Source: an uncultured Acidobacteriota bacterium (GTDB taxonomy: Bacteria > Acidobacteriota > Thermoanaerobaculia > Multivoradales > UBA5704). From it: a stretch of DNA of 64,000 nt. The notes beneath the pieces were generated by a model that ran no database searches, was not told the DNA's origin, and saw nothing but the letters and a program-made list of their open reading frames with translations. The position numbers and the translations under genes were made by a program. The stretch is taken from NCBI GenBank assembly GCA_963770895.1, contig CAVYRF010000002.1, forward strand, positions 5,504,001 through 5,568,000, read 5' to 3'. Shown here piece after piece: positions 37,599 through 49,479 of the stretch (its first letter is position 1; the number at the start of each line of letters is the position of its first letter).

Positions 37599-40500
37599 GT
37601 GAGCGACCCGACCGTCCAGCTGCCTTCGTTCAGCGACCTGCCCGAACCGATCCGCGAAGACCTCTGGAGCGTCGAGCGCCTGGAGCATCACGCCGAGGCT
37701 CTGGCGGCGTCCCATCACACCCGGCGCCGGCGCTGGGGCGACCGCCGCCTGCGGCCGCGGGTGTGGGACAACGGCAAGGTCCTGCTGGCTTCGTATCGCG
37801 CCATCGCCGGCGCGATCCGCGACGAGCGCGCGATCACGCCGGCGGCCGAATGGCTGGTCGACAACTTCCACCTGGTCGAAGAGCAGCTGCGCGAGATCCG
37901 CGAGGACCTGCCGGCCGGCTTCTACCGCCAGCTGCCGCGCCTGGCGGACGAGCCGTGGCGCGGCTATCCGCGCGTCTACGCCCTGATCTACGACTTCGTG
38001 GCGCACACCGACAGCCGCTTCGATCCCGATGCCCTGCGCCGCTTCGTCGCCGCCTACCAGCGCGCGCAGCCGCTGGCGGTCGGCGAGCTGTGGGCGGTGA
38101 CCATCTCGCTGCGCATCGTGCTGGTGGAAAACCTGCGCCGCCTGGCCGAGCAGATGGTGCGCTCGCGGGTGGCGCGGGAGCGCGCCGAAAGCCTCGCCGA
38201 TACGCTGCTGGGCGGCGCCGCGGAGCAGGCCGGCGCGGCGCTGCAACGGCACGAGCAGGGGCCGCTCGACATCGCCTTCGCGGTGGTGCTGATCGGCCGG
38301 CTGCGGGACGAAGACCCGGCGGTGACGCCGGCGCTGGCCTGGCTGGATCGCCGCCTGGACGAGCAGGGCACGACGGCGGACGCGATCGTCGAGCTGGAGC
38401 ACCAGCGCCAGGTGGCGATGAACTCGACGGTGCGCAACATCATCACCAGCATGCGCTCGATCTCGGCGTTCGATTGGGCGGGGTTCTTCGAAAGCGTCAG
38501 CCTGGTCGACGCGGCGCTGGGCGAGTACGCGGGCTACCGGGCGATGGAGTTCGCCACCCGCGACCGCTACCGGCACGCGGTCGAGGAGCTGGCGCGCGGC
38601 GCGCCGGCGAGCGAGGCCGACGTCGCCCGGCGCGCGGTGCGGTGCGCGGCGGCTGCCGCCGCTCAGGGCGCCTCCGGGGATGCAGGCGGCGCGGTCACGG
38701 CGCGGTCGGTGGTGGCGGGGGCGCCGGCGGCGGGGGGGCCGGCGCCGGCGGAGCAGGCTGCCGCCGCCGGCGCGCTGGCCGCGGCGCTCGCCACCGACCG
38801 GCGCGCCGATCCGGGCTACTACCTGGTCGGCGGCGGGCGCGCCGCCTTCGAACGCCAGGTGCGCTACCGCCTGCCGCCGTGGCTGGGGGCGCGGCGGGCG
38901 TTTCTGGCCCACCCGACGGCCGGCTACCTGGGGTCGCTGGCCGTCGTCACCGCCGCGGCGCTGGCGGCGCCGGTCTGGGCGGCGCAGGATCGCGGCGTGG
39001 GGTGGCCGCTGCTCGCGGCGCTCGCCGTGCTGGCGCTGGTTCCCGCTTCGGACCTGGCGGTGCAGCTGCTCAACGCCTGGGTGATGGAGCGGCTGGGGGC
39101 GCGGGCGCTGCCGCGGCTGACGCTGGGCCCCAACCTGCCGCCGGAGCTGCGGACGCTGGTCTGCATCCCGGCGCTGCTCACCGACCCTGGCGAGATCGAA
39201 GAGCTGATCGGGCGGCTGGAGGTGCACTTCCTGGCGAATCCCGAGCCGGAGCTGCGCTTCGCGCTGCTCACCGACTGGCTGGACGCGCCGAGCGAAACCA
39301 TGCCGGGCGACGCCCCGCTGCTGGCGGCGGCGCGCGCCGGCATCGCGCGGCTCAACGCCCGCCACGGTGCGGCGCGGCAGCAGGCGCCGGCGGACGGCGC
39401 GAACGGCGGCGCGACGCGCTTTTTCCTGCTGCACCGGCGGCGGCAGTGGAGCCGCGGCGAAAACTGCTGGCTGGGCTGGGAGCGCAAGCGCGGCAAGCTC
39501 GAAGAGCTCAACCGCCTGCTGCGCGGCGCCGGCGACACCACCTTCCTGGACGCCGTCGCGGATGCCAGGGAGCTGGGCGCGGTGCGCTACGTGCTGACCC
39601 TGGACGCCGACACCCGGCTGCCGCGCGGCGCCGCCTGCCGGCTGGTCGGCACCATGGCGCACCCGCTCAACCGGGCGCGCTTCGACGAGCGGCTGCGGCG
39701 GGTGGTCGAGGGCTACGGCATCCTGCAGCCGCGCGTCACGCCGACCCTGCCCAGCGGCCGCGAGGGGTCGCTCTACCAGCGCATCACCTCGGGGCCGGCG
39801 GGGATCGACCCGTACGCCGCCGCGGTGTCGGACGTCTACCAGGACGTCTTCGGCGAGGGCTCGTTCACCGGCAAGGGCATCTACGACGTCGACGCCTTTA
39901 CCGCGGCGCTGGCCGGCCGCGTGCCCGAGGGGACGCTGCTCAGCCACGACCTGCTGGAAGGGATCTTCGCGCGTTCGGGGCTGGCAACCGACATCGAGCT
40001 GTTCGAGGAGTTCCCGGCGCACTTCCTGGCCGCCCAGGCGCGCCAGCATCGCTGGGCGCGCGGCGACTGGCAGCTGCTGCCCTGGATCGTCGGCGGCGGC
40101 CGGCGGCGGGGACCGATCCCGCTCATCGGGCGGTTCAAGATGTTCGACAACCTGCGGCGGACGCTGGTGGCGCCCGCCACCTGGCTGCTGCTGGCGGCGG
40201 CCTGGGCGGTGCCGGGGGCCGCGCCGGGGGTGTGGACCGGCTTCTGGCTGCTGACCATCGCGCTGCCAGGCTTCCTGCCGGTGCTGTACGCGGCGGTGCC
40301 GCGGCGGCGCGGCATCTCGAAGCGCAGCCACGTGCGCGCCGTCGGCCGCGACCTGGCGCTGGCCGCGGCGCGGGTGGGCCTGGCGCTGGCGACGCTGGCC
40401 TGGCAGGCGTGGCTGATGACCGACGCGATGGTGCGCACCCTGGTGCGGCTGGCCGCGACGCGCCGCAAGCTGCTCGAATGGGTGACGGCGGCGCAGGCGC

Positions 40501-43500
40501 GCAGCGGCTTGAGCCTGGACCTGGGTGCCTTCTATCGCCGCATGGCGGGTGGCGTGGCGCTGGCGGCGGCCGCCGCCGCGGCGGCGGCGTTGGGGACGGT
40601 GGCGCGCGTCGGCGCGCCGGCGGCGGCGGGGGGGCGGCGGCGGGAGCGGCGCTGCCGCCGCCCGGCGCCGTGTGGGTGTGGGCGGCGCCGCTCGTGGTGC
40701 TGTGGGCGCTGGCGCCGGCGGTGGCGCGCTGGCTGAGCCTGCCGCTGCCCGGCGCGGCGGAGACGCTGCCGCTGACCGCCGCCGAGCGCCGCACGCTGCG
40801 CCTCATCGGCCGCCGCACCTGGCGCTTCTTCGAAACCTTTGTCGTCGCCGGCGACAACGCGCTGCCGCCGGACAACGTGCAGGAGGACCCGCGGCAGGTG
40901 GTGGCGCACCGCACCTCGCCGACCAACGTCGGGCTCTACCTGCTGACGGTGGTGGCGGCGCGCGATCACGGCTGGCTGGGGACCCTGGACGCGATCGACC
41001 GGCTGGAGGCGACGCTTGCCACCGTCGGCAGGCTGGTCCACTTTCGCGGCCACCTGCTCAACTGGTACGACACGCAGAGTCTGGAGCCGCTGGCGCCGCG
41101 CTATGTCTCGACGGTGGACAGCGGCAACCTGGCGGGCCACCTGCTGACCCTGGCGGAAGGCTGCTACCGGCGCGGCCGGCTGCCGGCTTTGGATCGCCAG
41201 GTTCTGGCCGGCATCGCCGATGCCGTCGACTGCCTGCGCGAAGCGGCGCCGGCCAGCGCCGGGCTGCGCACCCAGACGGTGACCCGCCGCCACCTTGACG
41301 AGGCGCTGGCCGCGGTCGAAACCGGGCTGCGGAGCGAGGGCGCCGACCTGCCCCCCACGCCCGCCACCGCCGCCGCGTGGGCGGAGCGGCTGGACCAGCT
41401 GGCCGCCAGCCTGCACGCGGTGGTGGACGTGGCAGGGGCGCTGGCGCACGAGCAGCGCGAAGGCGCCGACGCCGCCGCCTGGGGCGAGGTGCTGGCCTGG
41501 GCCGAGCTGGCCGCCGCCTGCGTCGCCAGCCACCGGCGCGACCTGGACGCCCTGGCGCAGGCGGACCCGGCGCCCGCGGCGGCTCCCGGAGCGGCGGGAG
41601 CGGTGCCCGGGGAGCCGCTGGAGGTCCCCCTGGCCGCGGCCTCGCCGCCCTCGCCGGGGCTGCCGGCGGCGGTCGTGCGGCGGCTCGAGGCGCTGGCCGA
41701 ATCCGCCCTGGCGGCCTTTGCCGCCATGGAGTTCGGGTTTCTGTACGACCCGGTGCACAAGCTCTTTGCCATCGGCTATCGCGCCGATCTGGGCGAGCTG
41801 GACGGCAACGAGTACGACCTGCTCGCTTCGGAAGCGCGCCTGGCCAGCTTCGTCGCCATCGCCAAGGGCGACGTACCGGTCGAGCACTGGTTCCACCTCG
41901 GCCGCCAGCTGACGCCGGTGGACCGCGGCGCCGCCCTCATCTCGTGGTCGGGCTCGATGTTCGAATACCTGATGCCGGCGCTGGTCATGCGCGCGCCGGC
42001 GCACAGCCTGCTCGACCAGACCTGCCGCCTGGTGGTGCGGCGGCAGATCCAGTACGGCGAGGAGCGGGGCGTCCCCTGGGGGGTGTCGGAGTCGGCGTTC
42101 AACGCCCGCGACCTGCAGCTGACCTACCAGTATTCGAACTTCGGCGTCCCCGGCCTGGGCCTCAAGCGCGGCCTGTCGGAGGACCTGGTGATCGCCCCCT
42201 ACGCCACGGCGCTGGCGGCGATCTTCGAGCCGCGCGCGGCGATCCGCAACTTCGCCCGCCTGGCGGAGGCTGGCGCCAGCGGCCGCTTCGGCTTCTACGA
42301 AGCGGTCGACTACACCGCGAGCCGCCTGCCCGAGGAGCAGAACCTGGCGGTGGTGCGCGCCTTCATGGCCCACCACCAGGGCATGTCGCTGCTCGCCCTG
42401 GCCGACGTCCTCGATCCCTGCGACGACGGCGCCCTGCCGGCACTGTTTCACGCCGCGCCGCAGGTGCAGGCGACCGAGCTGCTGCTGCAGGAGCGCACGC
42501 CGCGCGACGTGGCGGTGGCGCGACCGCGCGCCGAGGAGGTCGCCGCCGCGGCGCAGATCGGCGCCCTGCTGCCGCCCGTCGAGCGGCGCTACGATTCGCC
42601 GCACGACACGACGCCGCGCAGCCACCTGCTGGGGCACGGCCGCTACGTGGTGATGCTGACCGCCGCGGGCTCGGGGTACAGCCGCGCCGGCGACCTGGCG
42701 GTGACGCGCTACCGCGAAGACGCCACCCGCGACTGCTGGGGGACTTTCTTCTTCCTGCGCGACATGCACAGCGGCGCCGTGTGGTCGGCCGGCTACCAGC
42801 CGAGCGGCGTCCAGGCGGACCAGTACGAGGCGATCTTCGCCGAAGACCGTGCCGAGATCGTGCGCCGCGACGGCGCGATCGCCAGCCGCCTGGAGGTGGT
42901 GGTGACGCCCGAGGACGAGGGCGAGGTGCGCCGGCTGTCGCTCTCCAACCGCGGCGCCCGGCCGAGCGAGATCGAGGTCACCTCCTACGCCGAGGTGGTG
43001 CTGGCGCCGCAGGCGGCGGACGCGGCGCACCCGGCGTACTCCAACCTGTTTGTCGAGACCGAGTTCCTGGCTCCCACCGGCGCGCTCCTGGCCTGGCGGC
43101 GGCCGCGCGCCGAGGGCGAGGCGCGGCCGTGGGCGGTGCACGTCGTGGCGGTCGACGGCGACGGGGCCGCGGGGGTGCAGTTCGAAACCGACCGCGCGCG
43201 CTTCCTGGGCCGCGGGCGCGGCGTGCGCACGCCGATGTCGGTCGTCGACGGCAGGCCGCTGTCCAACACCGCGGGCGCGGTGCTCGACCCCATCTTCAGT
43301 CTGCGGCGGCGGGTGCGCCTGGCGCCGGGCGCCACCGTGCGCGTGGTGTTCGCGACGCTGGTGGCGCCGTCGCGCGAGGCCGCGGTGGCGCTGGCGGAGA
43401 AGTACCGCGATCCGGCGGGCTTCGAGCGTGCGGCGACCATGGCATGGACGCAGGCGCAGGTGCACCTGCGCCACCTGGCCATCCTGCCCGACGAGGCCAA

Positions 43501-46471
43501 CCTGTTCCAGCGCCTGGCCAACCGCCTGCTGTACTCCGACGTGTCGCTGCGCGCCCCGGCCGAGGTGCTGCAAAAAAACGCCGCCGGGGCGCCGGCGCTC
43601 TGGGCGCTGGGCATTTCGGGCGATCTGCCGATCGTCGTCGCGCGCATCGACGAGCTCGACGACCTGGGCCTGGTGCGCCAGCTGCTCAAGGCGCAGGAGT
43701 ATTTCCGCTCGAAGCGGCTGGCGGCCGATCTGGTGATCGTCAACGAGAAGGCGCCGTCCTACTCCCAGGACCTGCAGGCGGCGCTCGAAGCGCTGCTGCG
43801 CACCGCCCAGGCGCGCCACCAGCAGAGCGACACGCAGGGGCCGCACGGCGAAACCTACCTGCTGCGCAACGAGCAGATCGACGCGACGGCGCGCGGGGCG
43901 CTGCTGGCGATGGCGCGGGCGGTGCTGGTGGCGCGGCGCGGCTCGCTCGCCGAGCAGCTGGCCCGCCGCGACCGCGGCGACGAGCGCCGGCTGGTCCAGC
44001 GTTCGCGCCGGACGACCGCGGCGCCGGCGGACGAGCCGCCGCCGCGCCCCGACCTGGAGTTCTGGAACGGCCTGGGGGGCTTCCGCGCCGACGGCCGCGA
44101 GTACGTCACCATCCTGGGCGAAGGGCAGTGGACGCCGGCGCCGTGGATCAACGTCATCGCCAATCCCGGCTTCGGCTTCCAGGTGTCCGAGTCGGGCGCC
44201 GGCTACACCTGGTCGGTCAACAGCAGCCAGAACCAGCTCACCCCCTGGTCCAACGACCCGGTGAGCGACCCGCCGGGCGAGGCGCTCTACGTGCGCGACG
44301 AGGAGAGCGGCGAGGTGTGGGGGCCGACCGTGCTGCCGATCCGCGAAGAGTCGTGGCTGTACATCGCCCGTCACGGCCAGGGCTACAGCCGCTTCGAGCA
44401 CACCTCGCACGGCATCGCCCTGGACCTGCTGCAGCTGGTGCCGCTGGCCGATCCGGTCAAGATCTCGCGGCTGACCCTGACCAATCGCGGCACGCGGCCG
44501 CGCCGGCTGTCGGTCACCGCCTACGTCGAGTGGGTGCTGGGGGTGTCGCGCAGCGCTTCGGCGCCCTCGATCGTCACCGAGATGGACGGCGCGACGGGGG
44601 CGCTTCTGGCGCGCCGCGCCTGGAACGAAGAGCTGGGGGCGGGGCGCGTGGCCTTCGTCGACCTCGCCGGCCGCCAGACCGCGTGGAGCGGCGACCGCGG
44701 CGAGTTCCTGGGCCGCAACGGCACGCTCGACCATCCGGCGGCGCTGGAGGACCGGGAGCACCGGCTGTCGGGGCGGGTGGGCGCCGGGTTGGACCCGGCC
44801 GGCGTGCTGCAGACCGTCCTTGAGCTGCGCCCCGGCGAGCAGGCGGAAGTGGTGTGCCTGCTGGGGGAGTGCGCCGGCGGCGAGGCGGCGCGGCAGCTCG
44901 TCGAGCGCTACCGCAAGGCCGACGTCGAGGAGGTCCTGGCCGAGGTCGTGCGCTATTGGGACGACGTCGCCGGCGCGCTCCAGGTGGAGACGCCCGATCG
45001 TTCGCTCGACCTGCTGCTCAACCGCTGGCTGCTCTACCAGACGCTGTCGTGCCGCGTCTGGGCACGCGCCGCGTTCTACCAGGCGGGCGGCGCCTACGGC
45101 TTCCGCGACCAGCTGCAGGACGTGATGGCGCTCACCCGCGCCCGGCGCGAGGTGGCGCGCGAGCAGATCCTGCGCGCCGCGGCGCGGCAGTTCGTGCAGG
45201 GCGACGTGCAGCACTGGTGGCACCCGCCTTCCGGCCGCGGCGTGCGCACGCACATCTCGGACGACCTGTTGTGGCTGCCCTACACCGTGCTCAACTACGT
45301 CGAGGTGACCGGCGAAAAGGAGCTGTTCGACCAGCAGGTCGCCTTCCTGGACGGGCCGCCGGTGCCGCCGGACCACGACGACGCCTACTTCCAGCCCAGC
45401 GTGACCGAGGAGCGGGCGAGCCTGTTCGAGCACTGCGCCCGCGCCCTGGACCTGCGCCTGGCGGTCGGCGCGCACGGCCTGCCGCTGATGGGTACCGGCG
45501 ACTGGAACGACGGCATGAACCGGGTCGGCCGCCAGGGCAAGGGCGAAAGCGTCTGGCTGGGCTGGTTTCTGCACACCCTGCTGTGGGAGTACGCGGCGCT
45601 GGCCGACCAACGCGGCGAATCGGCGCGGGCGGACGCCTGGCGTCAGCACCGGGCGGCGCTCAAGGAGGCGCTGGAGCGGGCCTGGGACGGCGACTGGTAC
45701 CGCCGCGGCTACTTCGACGACGGCACGCCGCTGGGGTCGGCCAGCGGCGCGGAATGCAAGATCGACTCGATCGCGCAGTCTTGGGCGGTGATCTCAGGCG
45801 CCGCCCTTCGCGACCGCGCGGTGCGCGCCATGGCGGCGGTGGAAGAGTACCTGGTGCACCGCGGCGACGGCCTGGTGCTGCTGTTCACGCCGCCCTTCGA
45901 CAGCTCCGCGCTCGATCCCGGCTACATCAAGGGCTACCTGCCGGGGGTGCGCGAAAACGGCGGCCAGTACACCCACGCCGCCATCTGGTGCGTGCTCGCC
46001 TTTGCCGCCCTGGGCGACGGCGACCGCGCCGGCGAGCTGATGTCCATCCTCAATCCCATCAACCACGCCAGCACGCGCGCCGGCATCCAGCGCTACAAGG
46101 TCGAGCCCTACGTCGCCGCCGCCGACATCTACGCCCAATCCCACCACGTCGGCCGCGGCGGCTGGACCTGGTACAGCGGCTCGGCCGGCTGGATGTACCG
46201 CGCCGGCGTCGAGTGGATCCTGGGCGTGCGCATGCGCGGCACGGTGCTGTCGATCGACCCCTCCATCCCGCGCGCCTGGCCGCGCTACCAGGTCACCTTC
46301 CGCTACCACTCGGCGACCTACCACCTGCACGTCGACAACCCGCGCGGCGCCACCCGCGGCGTCACCGCCGCGGAGATGGACGGCGCCGCCCTGCCGGTGC
46401 TGCCGCACGGCGCCGCCGACGTCGCCCTGGTCAAGGACGGCACCCACCAGATCCGCATCGTCCTGGGCTGA
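37599..46471 (+). pseudogene. ndvB: Cyclic beta-1,2-glucan synthase (Cgs/ChvB/NdvB; GT84 + GH94), split by one frameshift at ~40630
   Basis: 5' frame: AEWLVDNF, GWERKRGK, TLDADT, LSHDLLEG, RWARGDWQ; 3' frame: RTSPTN, STVDSGN, SWSGSMFEY, YQAGGAYGFRDQLQD, DWNDGMN, ENGGQYTH; adding one G to the G7 tract (40628-40634) gives about 2957 aa. Confidence 0.9.
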
Positions 46472-46618
46472 CGGGGCCGCTGTTGCCTGCACCGCCGGCG
46501 CCGCCGGCGCCGCCGAGCGAGCGACGGCACCTGATATAGGCTTGCGGCGGCGGTGCCGGCTGCCGGTGTGCCGGCAGCGCCGCCAGTGCCCGCTCGAACG
46601 CCCCGCTCGAACCGCATC

Positions 46619-48283
46619 ATGGAACCGTCTCCGGTCGTCGCCAGTGGACGCGCAACGGCGGCCGCCGGTGGCGAGCCGCCGCCGGCGGACGGGGGGAGCC
46701 GGCGCGGCGACCGGCGCGGCTGGCGCGGCTGGCGGAGCCGGGCGGCGGAGCTGGCGGGCATCGACCTGCGGTCGCTGGCGCTGTTGCGCTGCGGCCTGGG
46801 GTTGGTGATTCTGTTCGACATCGCGGGGCGGCTGCCGGACCTGGCCGCGCACTACACCGATCAGGGCATCCTGCCGCGCTGGGCGGCCCTGGTCTGGCTG
46901 CCGGTCGAAGCCCACCTGTCGGTGCGCATGCTGAGCGGGGCGGCGTGGTTTCAGGCGCTGGTCTTCGCCGTGGCGGCCGCCGCCGCCGTCGCCCTGATCT
47001 GCGGCTGGCACACGCGCGCCGCGGCGGTGCTCTCGTGGTACCTGGTGTTTGCGCTGCAAGCGCGCAACCCGGCGATCGAGCACGGCGGCGACAACGTGCT
47101 GCGGCTGGTCCTGTTCTGGGCCATGTTCCTGCCCCTGGGCGACCGCTGGTCGCGCGACCGCGCGAGCGGCCGCCTGCCGGCGCCTGCGGAGCACTCGGAG
47201 CGGGGGGCGCCGCGCGTCGTGTCGGTGGCGGCGTTCGCGGCGCGGCTCCAGGTCTGCCTGATCTATTGGACGACGGCGGCGTTCAAGTGGGGCGCGGCGT
47301 GGGTGGGGCAGGGGAGCGCGATCGCCACCGCCATGCGGCTGGACTACCTGTCGACGTCGTGGGGGCGGTACCTGCTGCGCTTCCCGCGCCTGCTGCGGTG
47401 GATGACGCGCGGCTCGCTGGGCCTGGAGATCCTGGGCCCGGCGGCGGTGTGGAGCCCGGTGGGGACCGGCCCGGTGCGCTGCCTGGTGGTCCTGGCCTTC
47501 GTGCTGTTCCACCTGTGCGGCATCGGCCCGACGCTGCGGCTGGGGATCTTCCCCTGGATCTCGGCGCTCGGGTGGTGCCTGTTCCTGCCCGGCTGGTTCT
47601 GGCAGCGCCTGCGCGGCGGCCGCCTGGGAGCGCTGATGGAGCGTCTGGACCGGGCCGACGCGCGCGGGCTGGAGCGGCGCCGGGCCGGTGCGGCGCCGCT
47701 CGCGTGGTGGACGGGCTCCGCCGCCTCCGGTGGCGCCGATGTCTCCGATGGCTCAGGTTGTCGCGGGCGGCGGGTCGCGGATGCCGTCGCCGCCTGCCTG
47801 CTGGTGTACGTGGTGCTGCTCAACCTGCGCGAGCTGGACGCGGCGCGCTTCGCCCGCCTGCTGCCTGCCGCCGGCGAGGGTGTCGAGCAGGCCCTGGCGC
47901 TCCACCAGCGCTGGAACATGTTCGCACCGGCGCCGCCCACCGACGACGGCTGGTATGTCGTCGTCGGCCGCCTCGCCGGCGGCGGCAGCGTCGACCCCTG
48001 GCGCCAGGCGCCGGTCGATCCGGCGCGGCCGGAGCGCTTCGCCACGGTGTATGGCAATGCCCGCTGGACCAAGTACCTGACCAACCTGCACCACCCCGAC
48101 TACGTGTTCCACCGCCGGCTCTTCGGCAACTTCCTGTGCCGCCGCTGGAACGCCGCCCACGCCGGCCCCGAGCGTCTGGACGGCCTGTCGCTGGTCTACA
48201 TGCTGGAGCGCACCGTGCCGCCCGACCAGGAGCTGCCCGCCCGGCCGCTGCTGCTGTTCGCCCAGACCTGCCCCGCCACCTGA
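46619..48283 (+). CDS. HTTM domain membrane protein (vitamin K-dependent carboxylase-like)
   Basis: GIDLRSLALLR, YTDQG..PR, RNP....GGD...R..LFWAMFLPLG, W..G.A, QRWNMFAP. Confidence 0.82.
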   Translation: MEPSPVVASGRATAAAGGEPPPADGGSRRGDRRGWRGWRSRAAELAGIDLRSLALLRCGLGLVILFDIAGRLPDLAAHYTDQGILPRWAALVWLPVEAHLSVRMLSGAAWFQALVFAVAAAAAVALICGWHTRAAAVLSWYLVFALQARNPAIEHGGDNVLRLVLFWAMFLPLGDRWSRDRASGRLPAPAEHSERGAPRVVSVAAFAARLQVCLIYWTTAAFKWGAAWVGQGSAIATAMRLDYLSTSWGRYLLRFPRLLRWMTRGSLGLEILGPAAVWSPVGTGPVRCLVVLAFVLFHLCGIGPTLRLGIFPWISALGWCLFLPGWFWQRLRGGRLGALMERLDRADARGLERRRAGAAPLAWWTGSAASGGADVSDGSGCRGRRVADAVAACLLVYVVLLNLRELDAARFARLLPAAGEGVEQALALHQRWNMFAPAPPTDDGWYVVVGRLAGGGSVDPWRQAPVDPARPERFATVYGNARWTKYLTNLHHPDYVFHRRLFGNFLCRRWNAAHAGPERLDGLSLVYMLERTVPPDQELPARPLLLFAQTCPAT

Positions 48284-48317
48284 CCGGCGTCCAACCGCGA
48301 TGGGACGCGCGCCGCCG

Positions 48318-49340
48318 TCAGGGGTGGGGGGGCCGCGGCGGCAGCGCCAGGATGGCCTTGGCCAGGGCGTCGGCGGCGCAGCGGTGGCCGTAGGGGGAGG
48401 GGTGGAAGTTGTCGGTGCTGATGGGGTCGGCGGGCGCGGCGTCGCGGCACTGGCTGAACGGCACCAGCAGGTCGGCCAGGGCGAAGCCGTTCTGCTGCGC
48501 CAGGCCGGCGACGTAGCGGTGCTGGCCGCCCCAGGGATAGCTCTTGAAGTTGCGGACGAAGCGCGGGATGACGGCGACCAGGACCTGAAAGTGGTCGTCG
48601 GCCGCCAGCTGGCGCAGGACGCCGAAATACGGCGCCACCGTGTCCGCCGACACCAGGTCCAGGTAGTGCTGCGGCTCGGCCGCCGGACGGCTTGCCGCCG
48701 CCAGCACGCGGAAGCGCACGAAGCGGTAGAGCGCGCTGTGCGCCATCCAGGCGTTCACCCGCGCGCCGCTCAGCCCCTCGCGGCGGCGGTCGGCTTCCGC
48801 CGCCAGCAGGGTTTTCAGGATGTCGCCGTCGACGTGCTCGCGCGAGCTCATGGTGTAGGCCACGATCACCAGGTCGGGGTGGTAGCGCAGCCCTTTCTCG
48901 CGCAGCGTCTCCACCTCCTGCTGGGTGTTGTAGCCGGACACCGCGAGGTTGATCACCTCGGCGCGCAGCCCGCGCTGGCCCAGGAGCTGTTCCAGGATCG
49001 GCGGGAAAATGTCCTGGTTGCGCTCGACGTGCAAGCCGGCGGCCACGCTGTCGCCGATGACGACGATGCGATAGACGCCGGCGGGCTTGGCGACGGTGTG
49101 CTCGCGGTCGCGGTAGCCTTGGCTGTTGCTCGCCCCCAGGTAGTCGTAAAAGCGGAGATCCTGGCCGTTGTAGACCAGCGGCGCCGGCTCGTAGCCGATC
49201 CTGGGGTTTTGCGACAGCCGGAAGCGGCCGCGCTGGATCGCGTACACCCTGGGCGCCACGCCCGCCAGCCGCACCATCGCTTCGGCGGCGAGCAGCGCCA
49301 GCAGCACGCTGGCCAGCATCAGGGCGAGGCGTTTCCACAT
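48318..49340 (-). CDS. SGNH/GDSL hydrolase family protein, membrane-anchored
   Basis: N-terminal TM ..AE..VR, NSQGYRD, IGDSVAAG, NLAVSGYN, DNFHPSPYGH. Confidence 0.88.
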   Translation of the reverse strand: MWKRLALMLASVLLALLAAEAMVRLAGVAPRVYAIQRGRFRLSQNPRIGYEPAPLVYNGQDLRFYDYLGASNSQGYRDREHTVAKPAGVYRIVVIGDSVAAGLHVERNQDIFPPILEQLLGQRGLRAEVINLAVSGYNTQQEVETLREKGLRYHPDLVIVAYTMSSREHVDGDILKTLLAAEADRRREGLSGARVNAWMAHSALYRFVRFRVLAAASRPAAEPQHYLDLVSADTVAPYFGVLRQLAADDHFQVLVAVIPRFVRNFKSYPWGGQHRYVAGLAQQNGFALADLLVPFSQCRDAAPADPISTDNFHPSPYGHRCAADALAKAILALPPRPPHP

Positions 49341-49479
49341 GGCGGCTGGCGGCTGGCGGCGGCGGGCGGGTGAGCGGCGGCTGACGGCGCTGGCGGAGAG
49401 GGCGGCGCTGGCGGCGCTGGCGGCGATTGGCGCGATGGGTAGTGACGGCCCGCCGTGTGCGGCAGGCGGGCCGGTCGGA

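Noticed and set aside
37550-40620. N-terminal ~1000 aa of the 2973-aa ORF as a novel giant domain
   Set aside because: It is an off-frame R/G/A/P-rich shadow of the true Cgs 5' frame; only the part after ~40630 is coding
40532-45649. 1705-aa minus-strand ORF and many similar long antisense ORFs (e.g. 18907-21042, 30177-32543, 34919-37549)
   Set aside because: Expected stop-poor antisense frames of high-GC genes; no recognisable motifs
49341-49440. GGC/GGCGCT low-complexity intergenic run
   Set aside because: Irregular GC-rich simple sequence with no defined unit; similar Ala/Gly-rich stretches occur throughout this genome
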